64,000 nucleotides of DNA from Raillietiella orientalis (lineage: Eukaryota). Location: assembly GCA_036172245.1 (NCBI GenBank), contig JAYWIR010000013.1, forward strand, positions 4,154,001 through 4,218,000. The letters are read 5' to 3'. Below the pieces are notes generated by a model that did not search any database, had not been told where the DNA came from, and worked only from the letters and a program-made list of their open reading frames with translations. Below are positions 27,031 to 40,087 of this stretch, in pieces (the stretch's first letter is position 1; every line of letters begins with the position of its first letter). Position numbers and translations under genes: made by a program.

Positions 27031-28127
27031 GGGAGTGCAGTGACACAGCTAGGAATGTTCTTTGCGACTACGTACATGCGGTGGGCTGCACGATGACATC
27101 CTGCAGCGATCCGTTGTTGCAGACAGCGTGCAGCAGCTGCTACCGCATCTTTGGGCTAGCTCTCTTGCTCGTAGCTTATGTGCGAATGGTTTCAAAACGA
27201 AGGGCCATTCATCTGCCTATGAGAAACGAAGGAAGGCGAGACTAGGGAGGGAGCACCCGAAAATATATTAACAGGGATGGGTTAACCTGCCACACCATGG
27301 TGATGGTTGAGGAGTGTCACTGCTCTCAATCTGGACACGGGGCCTCAGCAGTCGTGCTAATCATCGCATAGACCTAGATCCATTTCACCCCCTTTTTTTT
27401 CTGGTGCTCCCTCCCCTTTCTCCCTGATTCCGTTCCCAGTCATGTTTGGTACCGCACGAGCCTTTTAATTGTAAACGTTTATTTACCTATTCTAGGGAGA
27501 CGGTCCGGCAGTTTGAATGAGCAGGTCAATCCCGGAAGTGGAAGCTATGTAAGGCGCCTCTCAAGAGGAGATGAAAGAAAAGCGTGGCGTGTGCAGACCG
27601 CGATTCTAACTTGGAGGAGCTCCGATAGAGTGCGACCACAGTAGCACCGGAGCTGGCGAACTGTTTCCGGTCAGAGAGACGCCAAGCAGCGCCAACTGAC
27701 ACCACGCGGCGGCAGAGCTCGCTCACCTGAGGTGATTCCTGGAGCCAGGACCAACGCACGGAACCAGGAGCGGCTGAAAAGTCAAGGCGAAAAGCCCGAA
27801 TGAAAAAAGGGGGTCTTCGAAGAGTCGTGGGAAGGCGCATTTGACGGATTCAGGGAGATGAGTGCCACCAGGAGAGGATTTGAGAGGCGGCTGCGGTCGC
27901 GGTTGCTAACAGAGAGCGATGCCGCGGGGTGCACACAGGACTGCATTGCTGACCGCCATATCTGATATCGAGCGCGTTGACGTCACATAGCGGACTCCAG
28001 GAGGGCCGGCTTTGAGTTGCTCACCCTGGAGTTCCCCCTAAGTATCCCAGTAGCAAGGGCTGTGAAGTGATTTCATCAGAGACCACAATTGAAGGAAGCT
28101 TTTGATGTAACTCTTCAAGTTAGGGAA

Positions 28128-28700
28128 ACCACCTTTTGAATCCAGAAAGAGCTCCTGAGGAAGGAGTCCCTTCCTCCCTTACTCTTGGGAGAGAGACCCA
28201 AAGGGAACCCTCCACCCTGGTTGTCTCAGAAGGGAACCCCTTTCTTATTCTCTCCCGAGGGACCAACCGGAGATGGCCACTCCTCATTTCTTCTCCGGAA
28301 GCAATCCTCAAGGGAATAGATGCTTGTTTCCCTCTCTGCAGAGAACCCCGAAGGAACGCTGCCCAATTTCTCTGAAGGATCACTCAACGAAGGGAGCAGT
28401 GCGCTTCTGACACTTTGGAGAAGTATCGATCCACCAGATCCAGATCCATGGCATGCAATGGAGGGTCCACCCTTAAGAGAGAGAGGAGGCTCTATTTTCA
28501 CAACCAGAAGGAAACCCCGAAGGAAACCGCCTCTTTGATGTCCCGGGAGGACCCGGAAGATCAGCTTTTAATCCTGGCCAGTCAGTGGGGACACCCGAAG
28601 TCTACACACCAGCCAGCGTCAACCTGCGGAGGGGACTCGAAAGCCACGACGTACCTATTTTTCCGAGGGTCGATCCTTCATTTTCAGACGGTCACACCTG
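28128..28700 (-). mobile_element. tRNA-SINE family copy, inverted; head truncated next to a LINE tail
   Basis: Reverse complement aligns with 12095-12650 (tcgtgg..cgagt..tgacgctggctgg; ggagagaataag; tt.ctggattca). Confidence 0.75.
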
Positions 28701-28709
28701 GAGTTAATG

Positions 28710-30200
28710 TAAAAAATAAAATAGATTCACATAAAAACGGTAGCATAAAATATAAAAAGTGTCTTTCCTCGCGGAGGCATCACATGACCACTCCGAAGGG
28801 TAATGCTCACACGGAGGCGCTACTCCTCGTGAGCAGCTGCCGCGATGAGACCCGCACAGGAAAAGTGGGGGAAGTAGGGGTAAATAGAAACAAAAACACA
28901 CACACACACAACACTTAGGGGTGGGGGTGGAGGGAGGGGAGGAAAGGGATTGCAGATTTCTCCCAGCATCTTCTGCAGAATGTTGGCATTTTCCTCCCTT
29001 TGCAGGCAGAGACGCGGCCGTCCTGTCGCCTTCCCCACCGAGGAGCGGACCACTGCGATGACCTCACCGTTCGACTGGCCTCTTCCGGCGCGGCTTCTCT
29101 CCGCCGCCATCCCACGGAGGCAGCACGGAGCTGCGAGGGAAGTCGCAGGCGACATCGAGTCGCGCGCGAAGAGGCACCACAGGACCTCTACCGCTGCCCG
29201 CCGGGAGCGGAAGGGCCCCGCGGCGAAGCGTTCCCGGACACTCATTAGGGCAACAGGTGGGGGAAGGTTTCCCGTTCCTCGCGCCTGGCACCGTCTGCAC
29301 TACCCCTCGTCCAGTGGCGGACTCGCGCGTTGCATGGGATCTCCCAGTGCAGCAGCTGCGACGCCGAGTCCGGCAACTTCGGGGGAGGCGCGGAGCTGTC
29401 CACAAACACGGGGAGAATTTCTGTCTCTCCAGGAGCTCCCCTCAGTGACGAATTCCTTCGGGGAGGACGGCAGGGGTGCATGCGTCAGCCAGTTGACGCG
29501 CCGTCCAGCATCCCAGCTACTTCCCCGCGATTCCTCAGGATTTCCCATCTTGCAAGTCCATTGCTGTTTCCACTGTGTTGGATTGTGTGGAGCGTGGCTG
29601 CAAGTGGAATGCTCCATTCCCAGATGGTCTTCCTTGGGCAGTCCGTGATTTCCTGCAGAGGGCAGCGAGCGTACTCGGGAATAGGAGGCATCGAGACGCC
29701 TCGGGACTCGTGTCGTTCCGTTCCGCCCACGCCTAAACCGTTTCCTGTTTCCAGGCACTGCAGTTGGCGGGGCAGGAGGAAATCCATCCGTCCTCCTGGA
29801 CCGAAGCAACCACTTGCACGAGTTGGTATCCGCATCGGAGCAACTGTCAGTAGCCACGCAACGTTTGGTACCACGCTCGGTGACCGAGACAATCCTTTAT
29901 CATTATGCGCAGCACGCCTGGCTGTTACAGCCCTGTTTACTTGACTCCCACCAAAAGCACGGCTCGGGAGTTCACAGAGCTTTGTTTGACCAGGAGAGGG
30001 AGTTGACTGCCATATGTGAAGCGGTCACCCTCGGGCCACTTTGCATCCTGGATGACGTATCGTAGTTCCAGTCTTCGTGTTGGGCGAAGAAAAGAATGGA
30101 ACCACATGCGATCTTGAGGAGAATTTCCGGTGTTACAGAAAGCTTGAGGGAAGCCTTCTCGCCATCGACATGACACAGCCCGACCACCTCCCAGGTTTGA
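28710..30200 (-). mobile_element. Truncated I-like LINE (RNase H remnant, knuckle, 3' UTR) related to element B
   Basis: RETFPHLLP knuckle; RIPTRASG and HVDGE RNase-H-like remnants; 3' UTR aligns with 50610-51240. Confidence 0.6.
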
Positions 30201-30429
30201 CACCTAGTTGCGCCGGGGCGTTTACTTATACAAAAAATAAAGATACAAGTTAGCGTCAGGACACTTGATCCTGCCACGTTATAAATGTACTAAAGAGAAC
30301 CTGCCGAATACCGGCACACAGGTCAGCGAGGTTTGTCTCGGGAGAAGAGAGGGGGAGGGGAACAAAAAAAAATGAAACAAAAAATATATTAAAAAAATGG
30401 AAGGATTTACTGTGTGCGGGAGGGAATCC

Positions 30430-31015
30430 TTTGCATCCTTTACCCTTTACCACCTCCTTCTTCTCCCCCTTCTTGCACACACTTTTTTTCCTGCCCACCT
30501 CCTGTACTTCCCCTCTTCCTCCTCCGCATTCTCCTTCCAACTTAGCCCACCAAGTTTGCTAATTTTCTTCCCCTTTGCTCCTCTTTTTGCTCTCTTTCCT
30601 CTTCTCTACATGAGAGTTTGATCCTCTGTTTCTTCTCTTCTTTCTCATCCTTGTGTTCTCCCAAAACGTCCTTCTACTCCTCCTCAATTGCTTTTTCCCT
30701 CTCCGCTTTCTCTTATTCTTTCCTTTTCCTTCCTTCCTCCTTCTCCTCCTTTTCCCGAAATCGCTCCTTTCTTATCCTTACTCCCTAACCTTCCTTTTCT
30801 CCCTCCTCCTTCTTCAACCTTCTTGCACCTTGTGTTAACATTCCTCTCCTCCTCTCCCTCCTCCACATTTCCTCTTTCTCCCACTCTTTTTTCTCCTTTT
30901 TTGTATTCTCTCTCCACCTTTTTCCTCTTCTTCCTTTCCCTTTCTCCATCTTTCCTCTTCGAAATTCTCTACCTTTCCCTTCGTCCTCCTGTTTCATTCT
31001 TCTTACTCCTTCTTA
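30430..31015. repeat. About 580-bp polypyrimidine/polypurine low-complexity tract
   Basis: Plus strand is overwhelmingly C/T with no fixed period. Confidence 0.95.
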
Positions 31016-31089
31016 ATGGGGAGAAGTAGCCAGTCACACTAGTCTGTCCTCAGTTTCCTCGAGGCACCCTCTGAAGTCGTTTATCACTT

Positions 31090-31480
31090 GAGGCCACTCT
31101 GCGTCTGGCATCAGCGCGACCAAGGTTTCCTTGGACGGCTGCGGCCATGCACTTCGACTGTAGAGGTATTCGCTGTGTCAAGACGAACGCTAGAGAGGAA
31201 GCAATTCTTAGATCCGAAGAGGAAAGCCTCTGGAATCATCAAGGAGAATCAGCGAATTTGGATTTCCCTGAGATGTTGGTTCAACCTCAAGCGTTTGAGG
31301 AACATACGTTTCAGGGTCTTCACGATCCCTGAGTGCTCATTGAGTCATCTCCGATGTCTCAGGAAAATCCACACTTTCCTCTTCCCGAATATGTGGAGAA
31401 AGCTTTACAGCATCGGTAGTGACATGCCGATAGGTCGAAAAAATCGACTTTGTGTCATCCAACACTCTCTTAGGGAGACT
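31090..31480 (+). pseudogene. Decayed LRR gene fragment
   Basis: FDCRGI (LRRNT-like), QFLDPKRKASGIIKEN, TIPECSLSHLRCLRKIH. Confidence 0.45.
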
Positions 31481-31759
31481 TACTAAAAGCGGAAGATGGC
31501 ATTCGTGAGAGTTGGTCTCTGGAGTGATCCTGACGTCTAGCGATACCCGCTGTCAGGAACGGCAAGGTGCCTACATGCGATCCTCCGGCAATACGGCAGG
31601 TAGGCGAGGAGGGCAACGCGGTCCTGTTTTCCACCAGGAGGTGGCAGAGTTGCCTTGCAGTGCATGCCTTTCTTCCCAAGGACGAGTTCAGAAAGACACT
31701 GATGCTGCTGCTCCGCTGCACCACTGGGGTCAGACTCCAGAACAATGCTCCCTCTCCTT

Positions 31760-32030
31760 GCATCCAACTGCACTTGCAGCTCCACCTTGTCCAACGTCAG
31801 AGTACCGAGGTCAGCATCCTGACGTGGCCACACCAAGTCCTTGAGGTGAATGTCACCTGGATTTTTCTTCAGGGAACGAAGTACTCCTGAAGTCACCCGG
31901 AAGGTGGACATCCAGGTTTCCACGGTCTTCTTCCCGATGAAAAGCATAGATGAGTTGAGCTTTTCAGCGCGGCAGATCCAGCGATGTCGCTACGACATTG
32001 AGATAACTCGCCTTAGGGGATATCCGTAGC
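31760..32030 (-). repeat. Third, inverted copy of the 22.2/22.6 kb coding-like repeat
   Basis: Minus frame ETWMSTFRVT...KKNPGDIHLKDLVWPRQDADLGTLTLDKVELQVQL; aligns with 22460-22735. Confidence 0.8.
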
Positions 32031-32959
32031 GAATCACAATCCTTTCGGGTTCCCCACGATCTACTGCTCAAGCTCGGCTAAGGAATCAATTCCGAGTAGA
32101 GCTTCTAGGCGTGTCCGTCTTCATCTGTATGCACTGAAGCACTACTGAATAGCGGCATTGAGAAGCTGTCCTTTGACCTTCTCCATTAATGAGGGAAGAA
32201 CGCTGTACAGCTGCTCAAACACGGAATCGGCAGCGAGAGCGGTCCCCGTCCTTCAGAAACTTCATGGGAGGCTGGCCGGAGCACAGTGACGAATCCTGAC
32301 CTTTGTCCTTTTTCTCTTTTGGCATGGATCCTTCTCTCGAATGGTCTCCGGGGGGCTTCTTTCAGTACCGGACCGTGGTTGCGGACTTCCGCTCCCGGTT
32401 AGCGCATCCAGTGGGAAGTTCGTTTCCTTCATCTAATGCTCCTTCGCATATCTAAAAAAAACAAAAAAAAAACAAACAAAAACAAAAGCGCTCGCGTGCA
32501 ATCAAGTGAGGACCCACTCCAGACTTGAAGACTCAGACAAGAACGTGACGTTTTGAGCTTTCCGAGATTGGCAGGAAAGCTTGGATGGAGGTTGCGTCCT
32601 GGAGGCCGTCTTGAATTTTAAACCAACAGAGAGGGACGAGGCACCGATACTGACGGAAGAGCTGCGCTTGCTAGTGTGACATTCCTAGTTCCTTTCTGAC
32701 CCACTAACCCTTTGATCTCGGAATTTCCTGTTCGGAGGGAGAGAGGAAAAGAAGGAAAGGAGCAGAGCCTCTGGAAACTCGTCTTTGAGCGGGACTGCTC
32801 TTCGCCCCGCGACCAAGGGGCGCCCTCTCTTCGCGCAAACTTTCAGCCGGACAGAGAGACACTGGACGCCAAGGTTTCCCTCCTAAGGACTGAGCAGCCT
32901 GGAGGATTCACAACACTCACTGCAACTCATCAGAGCTCTTCTATCGCTTTCCGGATTGA

Positions 32960-34100
32960 GCAGCTACCCCTCGGAGCATGATCGATAGTGAAGGGTTGGG
33001 TGCGATAACCTCGTCGCCATACCCGTGTACCTCGTGGTGCACGGAAACGAAGTGTGGAAGGATTCCAAGAAGATCTGCGAAACGCCTCTTCGGAGGGAAG
33101 TTGTCCTAATTGGTCGGCTTCAAGAGTGATGGCTGCTGCTTTCCAAGGGCTGCGTGTCTGATATTTCATTCGATCGATGGGAGAATGGCAGAGGGAACAC
33201 TCCCCTAGAAAGAGGCTCTTCCTGGCAAATCTCTTTCTGCTCGATGCAGATTGGGGCGCGTCTTCCGCTTCTGTGGCATCCGAGACCATGGATACAGCGA
33301 TCGAGGTAGGAGTATCGATTTCATCAGGACCCAGCTCGAAAAGGTACAAGGAATAGATCCAGGGGACGCTTTTTCCTGTACACAGCTGCATGCGGACACG
33401 CTTCCACCTGAAACCGATCTAGGGAACCACGGAAGCAGATCTGTGGCTGAAACTTTCCTGAGACTCACTTGCATCACTTTCCGGTTTGCATCCATCTTCA
33501 CTTTCCTGTTTTTTTTTTTGTGCGTGTGTGCTTCTTCAAAGCCCAAAAGAGGTTGATGGGAGCAGCTGGAAAATGAGCTGACCAGGAGAACTTCATTTTT
33601 CCCGTGCATTTTGAGTGGGCTGACCGGACTCAGCCCGCTCAAAACCTCAGCTTCAGCTCGCGAAAACGCGCAAGATGCAAGTAAAACTATCCATGAATCC
33701 AAGAGATCATTGCTCGGCAACGAGAGGACTGCCTAGCAGCGGTAGAATAGGCCAGCTCCAGAAAAGTAATATCGGATCAAAGAAAAAGTGAGTTTTGTTT
33801 CCAGAGTAGGAATGGCTGGCGTTTTCTTCTCCTTTTTTTATTTTTTCTTTTTTTTCGTGGGGGAAGGAGGGTTTGAGGATGGTCAAATAATCCCGGAGAG
33901 GAACTATTTGGAATTGCATCCATCGGTTCAAGTGAAACCAAAACATGCTTCTAGCGATATGTCCTGCGTACGGAAGGAGCAAGATGTTCGGAGGACCGGC
34001 AGCTCTCTTCGTTCACATTCTGAAGTAACAGATGGTGCCACGAGCGTTTCTTGGGAGGAGAGCCGAATAAACGAGAAGCAGGAACGTTTTTTCCCGAGAT
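32960..34100 (+). pseudogene. Decayed animal heme-peroxidase domain (peroxinectin/Duox-like)
   Basis: Ordered remnants: ASRVMAAAFQ (cf. ARxIVxAxxQ), GIRDHGYS (cf. AFRFGHS), GIDP, NPRD..RGLP, PGEELFGI (cf. PGELFxxI). Confidence 0.4.
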
Positions 34101-34286
34101 TTAAGGAAGGTTCTAATTAGTCTCAAGAATGCAATTCTGGAAACTTTCGCCTTGGAGTTCCTAAGCCACGTCGTTCTTCATGGAGTCCGTCCAATAAGAT
34201 GACCCACGCGATTCTCCAGCTGTGGCGGATCGCCCCCACTGCAACTAGGGCCGCACTCGCGGCACCAACGAAGGAAGGTTCTTCCT

Positions 34287-34589
34287 TTGCGCTATTGCTC
34301 TTTCACAGCGCTGAAGACGCGCCTTCAGCCACCGCTGATTGTTTTCCGGATGAAGCTCATCGAAGCCGCGTATCAGCAGATGGATCGCCAAAGAGACGGA
34401 GCGATCGCCGTCGACGATTGCCGGAAAATGTACAGAGTGGTGAGAACCTCGAAGCACCCGAATGGAGAGGAGCAGATCGTCAAGAAGTTTCTGCCCAAGG
34501 TCGTTGGCTGTGCAGAAGGTGTCGGAGGAGTCACTGCACCATCTACTGAATCATTACCATCCCATCACGAGACGCAGCGATCTGATTAA
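34287..34589 (+). pseudogene. Calcyphosin-like EF-hand gene fragment
   Basis: LQPPL..RMKLIEAAYQQMDRQRDGAIAVDDCRKMY..KHPNGEEQIVKKFL..GGVT matches my recalled calcyphosin LRPPM..R..LI..AF.KLD..GDG.IT..D...Y...HP.Y.NGE...Q....FL; frameshift after VT. Confidence 0.7.
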
Positions 34590-36099
34590 CTGAATCAGAG
34601 AGCCAATGGGAAGACGTGGGGGACTGTTGGGCTGCTAGCAAGCAAACAACCTCAGGTCAGAGTTTGAAACCTCGCTCAGAAGTGGCACTCTAGAAGGACC
34701 TCAGCGTTCTTCACGCTTTCCGCATCTTCTGAAGATCGGCGACACTGCTGGAGAAGACACGGCTTGGGAAATGGAGCAGGCCTTTGTCGAACTGACTCTC
34801 TTCTTCGGAGCACCGACGTCTCGGCCCCGTCTCGACGTGCGCACTGGCGTCGGGATGAGTGTTAACGGTAGGCTCCCCGGATCGTAAGATCCGAAGTCTT
34901 GTAGTAGCGTGAGATGCTCTTTAGCAATGTGGTTCCGCCGAGCAACATCCGCCTCACCCACGCGGCAAGTAACCTCTTTTGAAAGCGAGCGTCCAACAGA
35001 GAAACAAATGAAAACAGCAGGAAAGCTGACCTGTACTCGACTAAGAGCATCTGGCTGTCGGGAACTCCAGCCAGCCGCGCTTGCCGTGGAACCGTGGATG
35101 CTGGAACGCTTGTATCCAGGCGGTGGAAGCATGAGACACTGTGCGCAGTGATGCTGAGCTGGCAGCAATCCTGGAAAAGGTGGTGAGGCATCCGAAAAGG
35201 AGCGGTCTTAAGTGCTCACCACATGAAGTTGCGTTCGTGGGAATCCCTAGAATGGATTCTGATCTTGAAATTCATGGAAAGGCGCATTAGAAGTTGATCT
35301 AAGAAGCTGCGCGTCAGCTTATTATCGCACCTCAAGTTAGTTAAGGTTCGCTCTAAAAATAGGCCACTTGCAAATCATCACCAATTGTGGCTCTTTGCCA
35401 CCCAGTAGAAGGGAAACTGTGGAGCCTTCGGGCATGTTTCGGGAAATCCCCCCCCCCCCAACTTCCGTTCTCTGGTGAGACAATCCAGAAACCATAAAGC
35501 ACTGCCAAAAATCAGAATCATCAACAACCCATTTTCGGACCCTTAAAGTCTTTGATGCGGGGAAAGTCAGCAGGTAAGGAATCGAGTGCATTGGGAGTGT
35601 TATGCAGAGCTGACGTTCCGAGGGTCATTCAGCGATGTTTGGAGGGAGAAGGGGGGAGGGGAAAGGGGCAAGACTGCAGAAAATGAGAAGCAGCGGAGCC
35701 AAACCGTTCGCCATTCGATTTTCAACTTACTGCTGCCGTTAGCAAGGAAAGAATGAGAAGTATTTTTGGGAGAGAAGGAATGCGTGTTTTCCCGCCAAAG
35801 ATACTTGTGAAACCATGAACCTCGGAACACGTCAGCCCTTCCGGTTTTCCCCATTTTCCAAACATTGAGGGCAAATTTTGTGAGCCACCTGCACCTGATG
35901 CATCTGATAAATCGAATGTTTTTTTTTGTTTTTTGGGGGGGGCAAGATTCAGTGATCTTGTGTTTAGGAGTGCGCTTGATTTTCTCAACTAAAGAGAGCG
36001 AAAGAATGACGTCACTAAGAGCCAATCGATTCCACGACGTCCTGTTCACAGTACTTCGAGTGCGTGCTGGGCTCAAACTCGAAAAGTCCAGTACATGGT

Positions 36100-37450
36100 C
36101 AGTCCTCTGGAAGTAATGGCTTCCAGTCGTTACTGGCAGGTGGTGTTGGCGGTTGGAAAAGAAGTCAATCATCCATTAGTCAGGAGCAACATTTTGCACA
36201 CGGAATGCGCTCCTTTCTTCCATCCGGATAGAACTGATCCGCGATTGCTTATTGAAACTGCAAAACAGATAAGGAGCTCGTGGTTTTTTTTTTTTTTTTG
36301 TCTGCGTGCAAATGTGTTCCTCCGGATCATAACTGTAACTAATACTAGGCGACCACATTAATAATGTAATGTCTAGTGGCAGCTCTAACGGTGATCGTCA
36401 GAATCTGGTTCACGTCATTCGAGCAGCAGTAGGATGACCAGGACCATAGCAGCCGGCAACTCTATGGCACAGTATTAACAGCGACCACCACGCCGTTGAG
36501 GAGATAGAAGTCGACGTTGGCTACCACGATGGTGACTGCAGACTGCATGCTTCTGTAAATAGAGTTTCCAGATTTTCCATTCATCTTCCAAACCATTTTG
36601 CGATTAGCGAAAGAAGAAAAGCAAGCGGAAGGGATTTGAATGGGTCACTTCGAGGCGAAGTCCCGAAAGGCAAAAATGCGTTTTATAAACAAATGCGCCT
36701 ATAAGGAACGAAGTCTGCTGGAGAGTAGAGCTGAAAACTTTAGTTCGAGAGGCCGCTGACAAACGATCCAGGAGAGTACAGTTCCTCCTCCATGCGCGAG
36801 TGATTAATGGACCAAGAAGGAGTTGTTAGGAAGATGCGAGCTCACGGCAAAGGGCAATCCGGATGCCGCGCCTGGAAGCATCTGCATGAGCTGCCAAGGT
36901 GTCGTGTGGAGGTACCCAATGGCTGTGTTGTAAGAAAACTGACTGCTGCACATGGATGCAGAACATGAGAGCTAAGGATCACTTGCAGATTGCAGGTGGC
37001 ACATCCACACGAACATAGTATCCTCCAGTGGCGATCGTTCCTGTTTTGTGGATGCCCATTCACGTTTTCCCTAGCCGGTGCGTCCGTCCTACGTGCCTGT
37101 GAGCCCCACTGTTCACCAAACTCAAAAGAGATGTCGTCGATTGCGCCATCGGACGCATCTATCCCGTTCCCCCTAACGCTCCTTACGCCTTTCGTTTGGG
37201 AATGTACGCTGCCTCTTCATCCTGAATGAAAACTTCAATATGGTTTTCAGGAGATTTCGGAGGAACTTACTGAAGAAGACGAGATTGGCACAAGAGTACC
37301 TCCGTTCCTCATTCATCCGTTCCCATCGGCAACGGGATTGAATGGTAGCAATTTCGGGTTCGTTTGTCCGTCCAGAGAGAATGTTCCTCAAAGGGAAGCG
37401 TTCGATCCAATGTCTCCTTTGCTGTCATTGTGGTCAGCTTTAAATCCAAG
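36100..37450 (-). pseudogene. Decayed SLC22/organic cation transporter-like MFS gene with intron-like gaps
   Basis: Ordered minus-strand remnants: DRTLPFEEHSLWTD (TIVTEWDLVCD), GYLHTTPWQLMQM (AY..RDWR.LQL), FLTTPSWSINHSRMEE (LPESPRWL..GR.EEA), AIELPAAMVLVILLL (VExPA), PLLPED (LLPET). Confidence 0.55.
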
Positions 37451-38219
37451 GGCATGTCGTTCTCAGTAAAAAAGAGAAAATGAAAGAAACTTTTGACATG
37501 GGCGGCCCTCGATGCAGTCAGCATTTTGAGTTTTGAGGCGAAGGGAACGCGGAGGACTGCGGTCGCCCCATGCTGTGGCCACACCTAAAAACGGGATGGC
37601 GATCTCGAAATGTCCCGAAATGGAAGGAGCTTCCCATTCGTGGCTCTCACAGCAACAGCGAGGCTCGGGGAAGACCATCGTCCCCAACGAAATCTGGAAA
37701 GGAAAGCCCAAGGAAACGGCTGGGACGGAGTGAGGAATTTCGGGGGAGAGATGGGTGGCCGAGCACCTTCAGCAAAAGACATGACACGCCATGCCATGAC
37801 ATGACATGCCATTCCGTGTGACGAGAGAGAGAGAGAGAACGTAGTAAGTGACCCTGGGATTACGGGCTGGGCGGAAGGAGAAGACGGATGAAAACCGTGC
37901 TCATGACCCGGGTACCCCCACGAGCGTGCAGAAGAAATTGGAGATGAGAGGGGCAACCGTGTTCCAGAACCCCAAAATCGGCAAAGTCATTGACCACTCA
38001 TTCAAGTTCGCTGTGTCTGCCTCCCTGTTCGTGAGGTTCTTCCCTCCTGAGAGGAGGAGTACGGGAAGAAGCTTGAATAAAATTTTACACCGTATCATCA
38101 TCATTCACCATACCCCATCATCATCTTTACTCTTTGTAATGTTACTAAATTCGCTCGTTGGATTATGAAAATTCATACTGCTGTTCAACAATTTGGTTTA
38201 TTCCATTTCATCATCCAAA

Positions 38220-39260
38220 ATTATTTTTTTTTTTATTTAGACCACCCATCTCGATACAATCAGCAACATCCATACAATCACCAACACATAGACAACACTC
38301 TTAAAATTTCGATTTTCCCCAAGTCCCACAAGGGGTGGGGTCAATTTATTTTCTAATTTTGTCATTCACACTACAATCTCATTCATACTGTCTCGAACTT
38401 TGTTTTCACTTGGAAGTCTACTTTGGGATAACACAAGTTCTGCACCCAGGGTGGGTTCCTCGTTGTTGTTTCCCGGGAGTCCTCGATCTTCTTCAGAATG
38501 TAAAGGTACGTCCAGGCTTGGAGTCTTTCACAATTCCTGATGCCGATCTCCTTCATTAGTCCTTTCAGGATCTCCATCGGGGATGCGGCTGTCCTGGCTT
38601 TCCTCATCTTCCAACACCACACAAGTATGGCGGTGATGAAGAGGGCAATGGTCGTTCTTACCATGGGGTTGTAGCAGGGAGCATTCCCATTCCCTTGAAA
38701 CATCCCGGAGAGTATTCCCATTACTGAGGTGGTGGTTAGTCCTATGATCCTCTTCAGGATCAGCCAGTCGTGTAGCAATGTGGACACGTCAAGATGTGCA
38801 GTCTTGTGTCTGTGTCTGCACATGCCTTGCGGTCTTCGTCGTCCCGTCTTCCGGTGAAATGCTTCAGCCTGGAGCCGCTCAGGATTCTTCCGTGATAAAA
38901 CATCAGGAGGTTGTCCTGGGTGTCCGGCGGAAGGTCACTCCTCCAGAGCGTCGTGTCGATCGTTAACAGGTTGATCCTGTCACTCCCGTAGCGATCGGCT
39001 GCTTCTTCGAGGGCACTGATGTCTCTTTGGTCTTCTTTAATTATTTTCCGGAGGTTCAGCCTGTTCACCCTGGACCACGCATAGTTATCGTGGTTCTTCC
39101 ACACTTCGCGCGTCCTGTAGGTGAATCTTCCCAACATCATCTCTATATACCGAAGAATACGAGTGTGATAAAGGTATCCTCCTCTTCTCCATTCCTGGAT
39201 TCTTCGCAAGTTAACTCTGGGCCGCGGGTACATCCAGCTCCTCGTGTCCGGGGGCACTTT
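38220..39260 (-). mobile_element. 5'-truncated L1/Tx1-like LINE with 3' UTR and A-rich tail
   Basis: Frameshifted ORFs 38760-39257 and 38383-38823 are clearly homologous to 19432-20226 (TREVWKNH, LWRxDLP, MFYHG, GMFQGNG..PCYNP). A-rich end at about 38222-38240. Confidence 0.8.
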
Positions 39261-39789
39261 TCAAATTTCGATTCCAGCAAAGGTGACCATGTCGAATGCT
39301 CACCGTGTCACCTTGAAAATGAGAAGAAAGGACTTTATTCCACCGTGTTTAGATCCGATTTACAGAAGGTGCTCCAGATTGTTCATCGGAGACCTATGTT
39401 TGGATGGTGAAACTATCGGCTTAAAGCACGAGCAGTGTTTTTTTTTTTTTTTTAATGATTTGGACACCAGGAAGGCCCACTGCAATTTTTCACTCTTCAG
39501 ACGGTCATTCCCTCTATAGGAAGCACTCGTCCTCCTGTTGGCAGCTGGCATAAGTGAAGAAACGTTTGCATGAGGTCATCATGAGGAGCGGATCTGAGAG
39601 ATGCGTTGCTCAGCCAACCGGCTAGCTGGAAAGAGAGCCACCTCTAAGTCCGTTTCTGAACAGTTTCTTGAATGCGCTGATGGTATTCGAGAAAGAATCA
39701 CTCATCGGTTGCACAAGCCATTCTCGATTTGCGTTGTCTTCGAACTGAGGGGGTCAGCGCTGCCTTGAGCTTTCAGAAACCACGTTGGT

Positions 39790-40040
39790 TTCTAAAGGCG
39801 TTAGCGGCTAAGGTCTTCGTGCGTGGTACCAAGCGTTGCCCCCCTTGACTGGCTGGGATTGGAAGCTGACCCTCCGGGGTTCTCCCAGGAACCGAGGAGG
39901 CAATTCCCTTCGGGCTTGTCCCCCCTTCCGTTGTGCACATGGAGCCGTCCCTACTTTTCAGTGCTGGTGGGCCGTCCATCGAGTACCATGGAGCTAGTTG
40001 ATACCCCCTCCCTCGTGGGAGTCGCCTCCCCAGAGTGTTA
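39790..40040 (+). mobile_element. Internally deleted tRNA-SINE family copy, adjacent to the group II intron remnant
   Basis: gcggctaaggtcttcgtgcgtggtacca matches the head at 12022-12052; tgac.ctggctgg and cctccggg..tcc.cagga match the body. Confidence 0.6.
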
Positions 40041-40087
40041 ATTTCCTAACACATCCTTCGAAATTCTCGAAGACGTGGTTTTTTGGG

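Noticed and set aside
31790..31860. HSP70-like EVSILT...LEV on the plus strand
   Set aside because: No flanking HSP70 motifs; the opposite strand has the more coding-like frame.
32960..34589. Single Duox pseudogene (peroxidase plus EF-hand)
   Set aside because: The EF-hand part matches calcyphosin-specific motifs, and the Duox transmembrane/linker and oxidase parts are not visible.
36420..36540. Fasciclin H2 motif (NGVVVAVNTV)
   Set aside because: Surrounding ordered motifs fit an SLC22 transporter better.
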